A DNA stretch of 64,000 nt from Clostridia bacterium (GTDB lineage Bacteria > Bacillota > Clostridia > Oscillospirales > Acutalibacteraceae). Below, piece by piece: positions 6,795 through 16,312 of the stretch; the stretch's first letter is position 1; each line of letters begins with the position of its first letter. The stretch is taken from NCBI GenBank assembly GCA_017625835.1, contig JAGAKF010000057.1, forward strand, positions 14,662 through 78,661. Reading direction: 5' to 3'. The position numbers were made by a program, and so were the translations under genes. The notes below the pieces were generated by a model. The model was not told the DNA's origin and searched no databases. It saw only the letters and a list, made by a program, of their open reading frames with translations.

Positions 6795-7194
6795 TTTCAT
6801 TGCTCCTTTCGGTAATTTCTTTTTCTTTTGCACCTTCATCATAGTCAATTTCCTTTTCTTTGACAAATGTGCGATTCCTTTTTCTCTCATTTTTCTGAAG
6901 ATTTTTTACCGTGCTTTCAATTTCTCTTATACCCATTTCGGAAATGTCGCTCAGAGCATTACCGAGCTGTACAACAACCTCTTGAGTGTTGAAATTGAAA
7001 ATAGCCTTGAAATCTTCAAAATCATAGAATGAGTCAGCATCAAGACCGCATCTTTTCATCATCATATATCCGATACTGCTTGAAAGTGCATCCTTAAAGA
7101 TTACAGAGATATTGTCAGAGTCAAGCTCTTCAAGAAAACTGCCTGCCTTTACTTCTTCAAGAACAGATATATAGTCGAGGGCATTATCCTCAAG
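6646..7194 (-). pseudogene. internal fragment of a large ICE protein, lacking a start codon region
   Basis: The frame is open from 7194 with no upstream start (...EDNALDYISVLEEVKAGSFLEELDSDNISVIFKDALSSSIGYMMMKRCGLDADSFYDFEDFKAIFNFNTQEV...). It abuts the truncated surface-protein gene and overlaps the next ORF in another frame. Confidence 0.4.
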
Positions 7195-8443
7195 TCAGAT
7201 TTTTAACCGACTGCTGATTTGAGTAAGCAGTACCGCTTCCGTCCGCCTTGGTATTCCACCCGGTGAACTTGTAGCCTGTCTTTACAAAACCGTTGGAAGT
7301 TAAATTTTTAGCTTTATCGTAGGTCATTGACATTGAAGCTGTTGAGCCGCTTGTACTGCCGTTGCCGTAGAACTTAATGGTGTAGGTTATAGGTGACCAA
7401 CGGGCATAAAGATAAACAGTTGCACCGTTTGTTGTAGTCAGGTTCTTAACTGACTGCTTATTGGAATATGAGGTGCCGCTGTTATCTGATTTTGTATTCC
7501 AATGGGAGAACTTGTATCCCGTTCTTACATAGCCGTTGGCGTTAAGGTTTTTAGCAACATCAAACTTCATATTCATACTCGAAGTGGTACCACTTGTATA
7601 TCCGTTACCGTCAAAGGCTATGATATATGAATTGGTGTCCCACTGAGCATAAAGAGTAACAGTACCGCCGTTTGTGGTAGTCAGATTTTTAACTGACTGC
7701 TTGTTATAATAGCTTGTACCGCTTCCGTCAGCTTTTGTGTTCCACCCTGTAAAGTGATAACCCGACTTAACAAAACCGTTTGCAGTAAGGTTTTTGGCAA
7801 CATCATAGGTCATTGACATAGATGCGGTTGAGCCGCTTGTACTGCCGTTACCGTTAAACTTTATAGTGTAGGTATTAGGCTTCCATTGAGCATAAAGCGT
7901 CATACTCACATTGCCTGTTTTGATGCCTGAATTAAGGTCTGTTGGCTTAATCGTGTTGTCGCTTTGGCTGAAGGTTGTGCCGCCCGATGAAGTAGTGCCC
8001 CAAGACTTGAAGGTATATCCCGTCTTGTAAAGACCAAAGGTACCGGCATTTGTAAGACCGTTATCCTTTGTTTTGTTATATGTCCAAGTTTGAATATACT
8101 TTGAGCTGTCAGCTTCCTTATACACTACCTTTGATGAAAGATAATATGTGTCGGAGCTGATTGAGCCCCCGTTAGCATTGAAGCTGACCTTCAATTTATA
8201 CGGGGACCACTGAGCATAAAGATTAACGGTTGCACCGTTAGTTTTGGTAAGATTTTTAACTGACTGCTTATTACTGTACGATGTGCCACTGCCATCAGCT
8301 TTGGTATTCCACCCGGTAAAATAATGACCTGTCTTTGTAAATCCGTTGGCGGTGAGCTTCTTTGCCGTACCGTAGGACATACTCATTGATGCCGTTGAGC
8401 CGCTTGTACTGCCGTTACCGTTAAATTTAATTGTATATGTTAT
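7190..8443. repeat. tandem coding repeats (about 225-240 bp units) of the surface protein
   Basis: Repeats are visible at protein and DNA level. Units 1, 3 and 5 are the most similar. Confidence 0.75.
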
Positions 8444-9304
8444 ATTCTGTGTTTCGTTGTAGGCTATACCAACACCGTAACCTTTGGTAAGGATTGTATT
8501 GAAGGTTGCTCTTGATGAACTGCCTATCTTTGATGCGGCTGTCCATAATCCCTGACCGTCGGGAGTGTATAACTTATTGGGCCATATACGGTTAGTGTAC
8601 GGAGCAATAAATCCCCAAGTTGAGGATGTTCCGTTACTTGAGCCGCCGTCAGAGCTTCCGCCCAAAACACTTCGTCCGCAATATGCCATTTCGGTTACGG
8701 TCAATGCCTGATATTCACCTGCAAGGCAAACATCAAAAAGAGGCTCAATAATTACCTTATCACCGTAAACCATATTGGAAACGCTGCCCACACCGAGTTT
8801 TGAAAGCACCTGATTGATATTGGCTTCATAGCTCTGCCATGTTTCAACACCACTCGGATTGGGAAGGTCTTTTACAAAGCTGATATTTGCTTCTTTGTAG
8901 CAGTTAGTGGTGTTGTAGGTAGTCGAAAGTGTGGAGTTTCTGTTGGAAATAACGCCCAGCTTATTATACTTCTTTGAAAACTTCGCAGAGGTTGAATAAG
9001 CGTGGTCACCGTTTGAGGTATCTCTGTAAACATCAATTACCTTTGTAACCTTCATGTTACCGTCCGCATCAACGGCAGAAAAGCGGTAGCCTACAACACA
9101 GTTTGAGTCTTCGGTGTCACGGATAACATAACCCGTGTTACTGCCGTTTACGGCATCAATACTGCCGCCTGCACTGTCACCGTCCCAAGAAAGGGCAAAG
9201 GCTGAAATGGGAATTGATGAAAAGAGAGTGAGAATAACAAGAAAAATTGATAATACTCTTTTAATAACTATCATCCTTTCCGATAAAAAGTAAAAGCCCG
9301 ACAT
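7190..9304 (-). CDS. secreted surface protein with Listeria-Bacteroides (Flg_new/InlB B-type) repeats, truncated within the fifth repeat
   Basis: Signal peptide (the probable true start is M11 at 9274, MIVIKRVLSIFLVILTLFSSIPISAFA), an N-terminal domain of about 250 aa with unknown function, then 5 repeats of about 75 aa (YTIKFNGNGSTSGSTASMSM.Y...L..NGF.KTGY.FTGWNTKADGSGTSYSNKQSVKNLT..NG.TV.LYAQW). The ORF stops after ...SVKNLT, in mid-repeat, with no wall anchor. Confidence 0.7.
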   Translation of the reverse strand: MSGFYFLSERMIVIKRVLSIFLVILTLFSSIPISAFALSWDGDSAGGSIDAVNGSNTGYVIRDTEDSNCVVGYRFSAVDADGNMKVTKVIDVYRDTSNGDHAYSTSAKFSKKYNKLGVISNRNSTLSTTYNTTNCYKEANISFVKDLPNPSGVETWQSYEANINQVLSKLGVGSVSNMVYGDKVIIEPLFDVCLAGEYQALTVTEMAYCGRSVLGGSSDGGSSNGTSSTWGFIAPYTNRIWPNKLYTPDGQGLWTAASKIGSSSRATFNTILTKGYGVGIAYNETQNITYTIKFNGNGSTSGSTASMSMSYGTAKKLTANGFTKTGHYFTGWNTKADGSGTSYSNKQSVKNLTKTNGATVNLYAQWSPYKLKVSFNANGGSISSDTYYLSSKVVYKEADSSKYIQTWTYNKTKDNGLTNAGTFGLYKTGYTFKSWGTTSSGGTTFSQSDNTIKPTDLNSGIKTGNVSMTLYAQWKPNTYTIKFNGNGSTSGSTASMSMTYDVAKNLTANGFVKSGYHFTGWNTKADGSGTSYYNKQSVKNLTTTNGGTVTLYAQWDTNSYIIAFDGNGYTSGTTSSMNMKFDVAKNLNANGYVRTGYKFSHWNTKSDNSGTSYSNKQSVKNLTTTNGATVYLYARWSPITYTIKFYGNGSTSGSTASMSMTYDKAKNLTSNGFVKTGYKFTGWNTKADGSGTAYSNQQSVKNLT

Positions 9305-9333
9305 TAAGCCGAGCTTTCATAGAGAATTTAATT

Positions 9334-10080
9334 TTAATGTGTGTGACAAGTTCTTGCTTTAACTGTCTTACCGCAATCGGGGCATTTTGTATCAACGGTA
9401 AATCTTACGCAAGTACCCTTTGAGCCGTCACCGATTTTCTTGGTGCAATCGTCACAGTATTTATTCGGGTCTTTCTTTTCTGAATACTTTGGACACTTTG
9501 AAATATCGTAGCAGGCGTTACCCCATTCATCAATAGCATAGAAGCTCTTACAGGAATGTGAGCCACAAAGGGAACATCCCTTCTTTTCAAGACTTACAAT
9601 AAATGAATGTGTTTCTTTGCTTTCACAGTGATGACCTGACTTGCCACAGGAGTATTCCTTAACGCTGTCATTATCTGAAGCAGGTGAACCTTCCTCCGTT
9701 GTCGGGGTCTTCTGCGTTGTTACAGGCTTGGGATTTTCCTCTTTTACCGTTGTCTGCGGCTTTGTTGTCGAGGGTGCCTTGGTCGTTGTGTCAGGCTCTG
9801 TTACTGCTTCGTCAATGGAGAGAATGTTTTTATCATCGTTTTCGATTTCCTGCACATTCTCCTCTGTTGTAGCTTCGTCTGTAATGTCCTCAAGAATGAG
9901 GTTTGTATCCGTTGTTTCCTCGCTCACTGTTGTTTCGGGGAATGTTGTTTCATCAGCCTTTCTGTCGCTGACTCCCTTGACAACAATTCCTACGATTATG
10001 AGACATACAACAATGATTGCGGCTATAAGGCCGGCAATAATCTTTTTGTAATTATCTCCCTTAACTGCTAAAATTGTCAT
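9334..10080 (-). CDS. membrane-anchored protein with a T/E/P-rich linker and a C-terminal Cys/His-rich domain
   Basis: N-terminal TM helix (IIAGLIAAIIVVCLIIVGIVV), a low-complexity linker, then 13 Cys in the last ~105 aa, including CSLC, CDDC and CPDC pairs. Confidence 0.7.
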   Translation of the reverse strand: MTILAVKGDNYKKIIAGLIAAIIVVCLIIVGIVVKGVSDRKADETTFPETTVSEETTDTNLILEDITDEATTEENVQEIENDDKNILSIDEAVTEPDTTTKAPSTTKPQTTVKEENPKPVTTQKTPTTEEGSPASDNDSVKEYSCGKSGHHCESKETHSFIVSLEKKGCSLCGSHSCKSFYAIDEWGNACYDISKCPKYSEKKDPNKYCDDCTKKIGDGSKGTCVRFTVDTKCPDCGKTVKARTCHTH

Positions 10081-10099
10081 TTTGAATTACCTCCTGAAT

Positions 10100-10579
10100 T
10101 TAAAATTTTTCACTTAATACTGATACAATTTCTATGGGTACATTTGCAGTATCAATTTTCTGACCTGCGAAATATATCGGTACTGAAATTGTGTAGTGAA
10201 TTACAATCTCAAGCTCATTTTCCTGTCTGAAACTCATCTCAGGATATGTCATTGAGTATTTGAGATTTCCTTCACTGTCATAACTATATAGCCGTGAAGC
10301 TGTTTCGTCTAATGTGCAAAAGTCACACAGAGCATCTGTGAACTCCTGCGGATTAACACTTTCGGTGTAGTCATTGCCTTGCTTGATGCTGTCATATATC
10401 CTTGTGGCATTCTGTGTTACAAAACTGTCAAGTACAACTTTACTGTTTTCTCTTGAAGTATCAATAAGGGAAACGGCAGAAGCATAGACAAATATACCAG
10501 AAAATATCATTACGATTACAAGAATGAGTACACAAACGGGTACATAGCTTTCAGCCTTTTTGTTTTTAAGTATATTCAT
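10100..10579 (-). CDS. pseudopilin-like (TadE/F-type) minor pilin candidate
   Basis: The N-terminus MNILKNKKAESYVPVCVLILVIVMIF shares the (R/K)AE.Y plus hydrophobic-helix signature with the pilins. Confidence 0.55.
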   Translation of the reverse strand: MNILKNKKAESYVPVCVLILVIVMIFSGIFVYASAVSLIDTSRENSKVVLDSFVTQNATRIYDSIKQGNDYTESVNPQEFTDALCDFCTLDETASRLYSYDSEGNLKYSMTYPEMSFRQENELEIVIHYTISVPIYFAGQKIDTANVPIEIVSVLSEKF

Positions 10580-10588
10580 TTATTGCAC

Positions 10589-10999
10589 CTACTTCCAATA
10601 CTTTTCGGAAATACCCGACCTCGTTGTACTAACAGTTACGGGTATCTTAAATGCACCGACACCTCTTACATAGGTATGAACAGACACTGTGACTGTCATT
10701 TTGTCACCAAGCTGTACTCTCTCATAGGTCGAGTTGTAGTATTCATCAGCGGATGCAACTACATCAAACTCAAAAAATGAGCTTCTGAGTTCTTCGCATC
10801 TTTCGTCAAACTCCTCACCGAAGGAGCCTTCCGAGGTTGCAGTTTCAATGAGAAAGCCGCTAACTGTGTCCAAATCCTGCCGCAGCATAAAAAAGGTGTA
10901 AATATTCAATGTTACAACAAGCACCATCATAAGTGCAATTATGCCAACGGCAATATCAATATAGCCTTCAGCTTTACGGTTTGAAATAATCTTTTTCAT
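10589..10999 (-). CDS. pseudopilin-like minor pilin candidate
   Basis: Start at the ATG at 10999 behind RBS AGGAGG. MKKIISNRKAEGYIDIAVGIIALMMVLVV carries the same signature. Confidence 0.55.
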   Translation of the reverse strand: MKKIISNRKAEGYIDIAVGIIALMMVLVVTLNIYTFFMLRQDLDTVSGFLIETATSEGSFGEEFDERCEELRSSFFEFDVVASADEYYNSTYERVQLGDKMTVTVSVHTYVRGVGAFKIPVTVSTTRSGISEKYWK

Positions 11000-11012
11000 A
11001 TTCATTACCTCC

Positions 11013-11882
11013 TTAACCGAAAAGAACACCGACAGAGCCCATTATCTGTGCGATAATAACCACAACATAAATGAGCATAAAGCAGAAAAGAAGGCTCATA
11101 GAAAGCTTCTTTACTTTCCTTGGTATCTTCTGTGCTTCAAGTCTTAATCTCTGTCTGTGGATGTCTGAAAACTTCATAGCAAGGCTCGACCAATATACAG
11201 GATTGCTGTCGCCTCGTATCATACCGATAAAACCACGGCAAACATCACTCATCATACTTGAGCCGACTCTTGCTTCAAGTCTTGTGATTGCCGCTTCCTG
11301 ATTACCCGAATTCATATCGGCTATTGTAATATCAAGCTCGTGCTTGAGTTCAGGCCCGGCATTACGGGAATATTCTGTAAGAATAGATAAAAGGCTTCTT
11401 TCGTGCTTCAAGGTCTTTTCTACATTGGCTACAAGCCTCGGTAATTCGTATTCAATCTTCGCTCTTTTCTCCTTTATCTTTCCTCCTACACTTTTCATAT
11501 TTATTCTGTAAAGAACGAAAGCAAGGAATATGACAACAGGACAAAGTATGGGGAAGATGAAATACAAGGGCACTGCAAACACACCGATAATGAGTGCTTT
11601 TACAATAGCGTTTGCCTTAAACATTTCGGGTGTAATATTCATCTGAGCAGTACGAAGGTCTGTTTCAAGCTCTATCCTTTTAAACTCATTCATAGGAATA
11701 CGCTTTGCTATTGCACCTGCAAAGCCGCCGAGCCATACATCAATACTGCTTGTCTTTTCCTGATGCTGTTTGGCAAGGTTTGTTATAGCCTTTGATGTTC
11801 TCATATACGGTACTTTAAAAGCATCTGCGAGGATAAAATAAAAGGCGATACCGAATAGCACACCAACAATAATCTTAATCAT
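11013..11882 (-). CDS. tadC: type II secretion system F-family membrane protein (TadC-like)
   Basis: 289-aa polytopic protein immediately downstream of the TadB-like gene and the CpaF ATPase. Confidence 0.7.
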   Translation of the reverse strand: MIKIIVGVLFGIAFYFILADAFKVPYMRTSKAITNLAKQHQEKTSSIDVWLGGFAGAIAKRIPMNEFKRIELETDLRTAQMNITPEMFKANAIVKALIIGVFAVPLYFIFPILCPVVIFLAFVLYRINMKSVGGKIKEKRAKIEYELPRLVANVEKTLKHERSLLSILTEYSRNAGPELKHELDITIADMNSGNQEAAITRLEARVGSSMMSDVCRGFIGMIRGDSNPVYWSSLAMKFSDIHRQRLRLEAQKIPRKVKKLSMSLLFCFMLIYVVVIIAQIMGSVGVLFG

Positions 11883-11896
11883 TTCTTTTATCCTCC

Positions 11897-12820
11897 TTAT
11901 GCCTTGTATTCAACGGGTTTAGTGAATTTGAGAAGGAACATATATGTCACGATAATAACCGCACCGCATGTTCCTAATACAATCTTACCCGGTGTTTCGT
12001 ATATGAGCGTATGAAACCAATCCTTGTTAAGCACATACAAAAGAGGGATATTGCCCACAACAAGACCTACCATTGTGTAATACTCTGTTCTTACTGCCGC
12101 CATCATTGTTGAAAGCTCACTGTTTATGATTTGAACATCCTGCAACTTATCAACAATGGGATGAAGTGTGTCTATAAGAGCTCTGTCGTCCTGACAACGA
12201 ATAAGAGCATCACACCATTCACGGAATATCTCGTCATCAACCTTTTCCTTAAGATTACGGAGTGCCTGCTTCACATTAGATGAAACTGTCAGAGCATCAC
12301 CGAGAAAAGCATTAAAATGCTCCCTTAACGGCGGCTTTATTGATATGATGTTTTCCTCGACTGCAAAGATAATATTCTCGTTTCTTTCGTAAGATGTTGT
12401 AATCGTTGAAAGAACACTTTGAAGTTCCTCTTTAATATGCTTATCATAATGTGAAAGACTGTTTCTGACATAGATGAAAGGTAAAAGGGCAAAGGCTACC
12501 GATAAGGCAGGAAGAAGGAATATGTTGTCAATGAGAACTGCAACTACCGCACCTGCCGCAAAAAGAACGAGTGAAGCACAGCAGACAAGAGCAAATTTAT
12601 TCTCCTGTCCCATAGCTGCCAACGCCGTCTGTGTATATGCAAGCTTTGAGCCGAGGCTCTTTTTCTTTTTACCTGCTCTCATATTTCTTGCTTTTTCTCT
12701 TAATGTTACTTTAGGCGTTGTAAGCCTCATAAGGTCCTCGGTAATCTGCTGCGGAGTCAGATTAAGAAAACAAACTATTGCTACAATGAGCAATAATGAA
12801 GAAATCATAGGCATAATCAC
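11897..12820 (-). CDS. tadB: type II secretion system F-family membrane protein (TadB-like)
   Basis: 307-aa polytopic protein. It overlaps the CpaF stop by 4 nt. Confidence 0.7.
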   Translation of the reverse strand: MIMPMISSLLLIVAIVCFLNLTPQQITEDLMRLTTPKVTLREKARNMRAGKKKKSLGSKLAYTQTALAAMGQENKFALVCCASLVLFAAGAVVAVLIDNIFLLPALSVAFALLPFIYVRNSLSHYDKHIKEELQSVLSTITTSYERNENIIFAVEENIISIKPPLREHFNAFLGDALTVSSNVKQALRNLKEKVDDEIFREWCDALIRCQDDRALIDTLHPIVDKLQDVQIINSELSTMMAAVRTEYYTMVGLVVGNIPLLYVLNKDWFHTLIYETPGKIVLGTCGAVIIVTYMFLLKFTKPVEYKA

Positions 12821-14133
12821 GAGTAATCAGCTCCCTTCTCCAGAAATTTTGAAAGAACATCCTGCGGAACACCGAACTGCATCAGCTTCTTTTTAAGACT
12901 GTCAGACATAATCTCCGGCTGTTCAAAGTGTCCCTCCGTTATGTTTTTACCCTTTTCAATAACATTCTTTGTGATGTTGAAACGGAAAAGTGTGTGGTAT
13001 GCTCTTTCACCGTTTGGAAGTATCTCACACTCGGTTATATCCATTATCTTTCTTTCGTTGTTCTCAAGCTTATGGGTATATACAACAATGGGAAAGGCTT
13101 GACCTGCCTGCATAAGCGAGGTCTTGAAGTCAATGGGAAATCTCTTCTGACAAAGAAGTGCTATTCTCATATGTGCCGCATCTGCTGCTGAAGCATGTAC
13201 CGTTGAAACAACGGTGTGTCCCGTAAGACTTGCTTCTACAGCCGAGTAACACTCAACATCTCGCATCTCACCGACACAAACAATATCAGGATTAAAACGA
13301 AGGGAAGCTACAACAAGATCTTCCTGAGTAATGTCATAGGCTTCATTATCCGAAGGTCTTGAAAGCGTGTGAACTACATTGTTCACTACCTTGCCTTTCT
13401 TATCCTTTCTCACAAGAGCGAGCTCACGGGAACCGCTTTCAATGGTGAAAACTCTCTTTCCGTCGGGAATGGTGGTAAGAAGTGCATTAAGAAGTGTTGT
13501 TTTACCCGAAGATGTGGCACCTGCTACAACAACAGAAACACCGTATCTCATACAGGTGCAGAGAAAATCAATCATCTTTTCTGTTGCATTGCCTGACTTG
13601 ATAATCTGTGTTCTGTTAACTCTTGACGGGTGAAGAAGTCGGATAGAAACACTCACACCGATTTCATCATCAACAACCGGGGCTTTAAGAGCCGTAATTC
13701 TTGTATTATTCGGCAAATGCCCCTGCGACATGGGAGAAGCATTGTCAATAATCATACCCGAATGATGAAGAAGTCTTTTAACAATATCCGTAGCATGTGT
13801 AGGAGAATAAAAATGCTCCTTTACCTTTTCAATCTTGCCGTTTGTGTAGGTTATGGCAATATCGTTCCAAGCATTGATATTTATTTCTTCAACATTATCT
13901 CTGCCGAGAAAGGGTGTAAGTATGGAATACTCTGCCATTTCAGAATAAATCTTGTCACAGAGCTTTTCATCCGTCATACCTTCAACGGAATACGCCGTGT
14001 CACGCAGATACTTTTCAATGTAGGATTTAAGCTGTGAGAGCTTTGTTGTATCGGTAAGTGTTGCGGCATATTTTGATGAGATATGCTCCTGAACCATAGA
14101 TAAAAGAGTAACAAAATCAATTTCACGATTCAT
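12817..14133 (-). CDS. tadA: CpaF/TadA-family pilus assembly ATPase
   Basis: Walker A GATSSGKTT, a Walker B/Asp box (IVCVGEMRD) and a His box (GHTVVSTVHA), typical of the VirB11/CpaF family. Confidence 0.9.
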   Translation of the reverse strand: MNREIDFVTLLSMVQEHISSKYAATLTDTTKLSQLKSYIEKYLRDTAYSVEGMTDEKLCDKIYSEMAEYSILTPFLGRDNVEEININAWNDIAITYTNGKIEKVKEHFYSPTHATDIVKRLLHHSGMIIDNASPMSQGHLPNNTRITALKAPVVDDEIGVSVSIRLLHPSRVNRTQIIKSGNATEKMIDFLCTCMRYGVSVVVAGATSSGKTTLLNALLTTIPDGKRVFTIESGSRELALVRKDKKGKVVNNVVHTLSRPSDNEAYDITQEDLVVASLRFNPDIVCVGEMRDVECYSAVEASLTGHTVVSTVHASAADAAHMRIALLCQKRFPIDFKTSLMQAGQAFPIVVYTHKLENNERKIMDITECEILPNGERAYHTLFRFNITKNVIEKGKNITEGHFEQPEIMSDSLKKKLMQFGVPQDVLSKFLEKGADYS

Positions 14134-14146
14134 TTATATCACTCCT

Positions 14147-14875
14147 TTAAATAACTCTGTTCACAAGAGCCGAAAGCCTTTTCTTGTACTCTTTTGCATT
14201 GAGCCTTTCATAAAGACTTCCGTCAAGAAGCTGCTGTTTTACCTGTCGGCAATAAGGAAGAACACAAGCGACATTTTTAAGATGTGTACAGACATCCTCC
14301 AAAGGTATATAGAGTTCGTGTTCCGTGATGTTTATTACCTTTAAGCTCTGCTCCGTTCCCGATGTGATAATCTTATCTCCGTAGGAATTGAGCCAAGTCA
14401 TACTTTTAAGGTCGGGTGTAATAACCTGAATAATATGGTCTGCTCTTGCGAGTGCCTGTTTTGAGATAAGGTCTGTATCCTCGTTTGTACAGTCAACGAA
14501 CACATAACCGTCAGTTGCCGCAAGAACATCAAGAAGATTTTTTACCTTCTCTTTTGTCGGTGTGGGGAAGCTGTACTTGCTGTCGCCGGACTTAAAACCG
14601 AGACAGCCGAAGTTTTTCATATTCTTAACTGTTACAAGGTTTTCAAGAAGCAGGTCACTTGTAATATCTGTTGAATCAAGAACGCTGCTTAAAGAGAAAA
14701 GCGAATCAGGTTTGTAATTCGGAAAAAGCATACCGATTGTAGGAACAGTAGTATCGGGTGAAATAAAGGTAACGGAGCAATCAGAGGTTGAAATGTAAAC
14801 CTCCTGTGCAAGCTTAAATGCAACAGTTGTCTTTCCGCTTCCCGGTGCTCCGCATACAGCAATTATTTTAGCCAT
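14147..14875 (-). CDS. P-loop ATPase, TadZ/CpaE-like pilus localisation protein
   Basis: Start at MAKIIAVCGAPGSGKTT (14875), overlapping the cpaB stop by 8 nt. The track's longer N-terminus overlaps cpaB. Confidence 0.6.
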   Translation of the reverse strand: MAKIIAVCGAPGSGKTTVAFKLAQEVYISTSDCSVTFISPDTTVPTIGMLFPNYKPDSLFSLSSVLDSTDITSDLLLENLVTVKNMKNFGCLGFKSGDSKYSFPTPTKEKVKNLLDVLAATDGYVFVDCTNEDTDLISKQALARADHIIQVITPDLKSMTWLNSYGDKIITSGTEQSLKVINITEHELYIPLEDVCTHLKNVACVLPYCRQVKQQLLDGSLYERLNAKEYKKRLSALVNRVI

Positions 14876-15611
14876 TGTTATCAGCACCTTCCTTGTCAGT
14901 TTTCGTTTCAAGGAACTTATCCTGCTTATCAAGGAATTTCTGTGCCTTTTCTGCATCACCTCTGAACACAAGAGCTACGTGCATTGATGCGTTTTCCTCA
15001 TAATTTGCAAGAACAGTGGCCTGCTTTGAGGAAACAAGAAGTGTAATAGTTGAGGGAAGCTCAAAGCTACCATCCTCATTTTCCACAACCTCTGTTTCAT
15101 CAACACCGCCCGATGTGGTAGTGGTGATTACTTTAACATATTTAAGCTCTGACGGGACCGTAGTTTTGCCTTCCTTGTCGGTTACATAAATACTAACTAT
15201 ATCACCGTTTTCGAGCTTACCCGAAAGACCGCCCGCAAAGGTATTGATGGTTACACTCATAGCAACCTTATCTCCGTTAAGAGAGCTGAAAACATTTGCT
15301 ACGGAGTTTTCATCATCTGTAATCTTTATTTCTGTTGCAAGGTCGCCTTTGAACAAATCAGCCTTTGCATATTTACCTACTACGGCATCCTTTGTTTTGA
15401 GTGCCTTTTCGGGAACGCTGTTTTTTGAGAGCTTCACAATTTCAATATCAGTTTCAGCAATCTTACTGCCGTGTGAAATATCCTTTGTGAAGCGGATTAC
15501 ATCGGTTTTCTGTTCGGATATTCTGTTGACGAGAGGAGAAACAAGAAATGTCACCGCAACAGCTAAAACGATACAGACAATACCGATTAAGGTTCTGTTT
15601 TTCATTTTCAT
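14868..15611 (-). CDS. cpaB: Flp pilus assembly protein CpaB/RcpC-like (SAM/SAF-type N-domain)
   Basis: N-terminal TM helix, then ...VIRFTKDISHGSKIAETDIEIVKL...VVGKYAKADLFKGDL, a SAF-like region, with matching locus position. Confidence 0.7.
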   Translation of the reverse strand: MKMKNRTLIGIVCIVLAVAVTFLVSPLVNRISEQKTDVIRFTKDISHGSKIAETDIEIVKLSKNSVPEKALKTKDAVVGKYAKADLFKGDLATEIKITDDENSVANVFSSLNGDKVAMSVTINTFAGGLSGKLENGDIVSIYVTDKEGKTTVPSELKYVKVITTTTSGGVDETEVVENEDGSFELPSTITLLVSSKQATVLANYEENASMHVALVFRGDAEKAQKFLDKQDKFLETKTDKEGADNNG

Positions 15612-15613
15612 TT

Positions 15614-16300
15614 TTAAAAACCTCCTTGTAAGAAAAATCCTGCTATATATCCTATTGAAAGATAGGGAACAAAAGGAAATGCAAGGTCGTCGTTTTTATC
15701 TTTACCTCTGTACTTAATGAGGGTATGAGCAATAGCAAGACACAGACCAACTATGAGTCCGAAGGTTGCGCTCCATAAGCCTAAAACTAATGCACACGCA
15801 CCCGTTAATTTAATATCAGCACCGCCTAAACCGCCGTTTGTTGCTACAGCGAATATGAGTAATACTCCAAAGAGAACAAGGGCAGATAAGACCATTTTGG
15901 GAATATCTGATACATCTGTACCGATAAATGAAGTGATTACTACCATAACCGAAGCTGCATCATTCAATGTTCTTGTGTGGTTGTCTGAAAGTGATGAGTA
16001 AAGAAGAATAAGGTAGAACACAGTTCCTTTTATAAGCATATCCGACAGACCGAACAGAAGGAGCATAGCAAGAGATACGCCTGCCGTAATGATATGACAG
16101 ACAATCATTTCCTTCTTTTTTTCCTTTTTGTATTCGGGTACCTTCTTAACAGCTAATCTCATCACCAGATGGATAAGTGTCAGATATGCGAGAGAAGCTA
16201 TAAAGTTAAACAAAGTTTCTTTATCCGAGTAAGCTACACCCGGTACATTACCTAAAGGGAGAATAGGATACATAGAGTTAATTAAGCTTGTTTTTATCAT
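15614..16300 (-). CDS. A24-family prepilin peptidase
   Basis: Polytopic 228-aa protein with the second catalytic Asp motif GGADIKL. Confidence 0.8.
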   Translation of the reverse strand: MIKTSLINSMYPILPLGNVPGVAYSDKETLFNFIASLAYLTLIHLVMRLAVKKVPEYKKEKKKEMIVCHIITAGVSLAMLLLFGLSDMLIKGTVFYLILLYSSLSDNHTRTLNDAASVMVVITSFIGTDVSDIPKMVLSALVLFGVLLIFAVATNGGLGGADIKLTGACALVLGLWSATFGLIVGLCLAIAHTLIKYRGKDKNDDLAFPFVPYLSIGYIAGFFLQGGF

Positions 16301-16312
16301 TGTTTTTCATTC

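Noticed and set aside
12474-14037. Plus-strand ORFs antisense to tadB and cpaF (for example 12474..12896 and 13630..14037)
   Set aside because: They lie opposite genes with strong family motifs, and they have no RBS or motifs.
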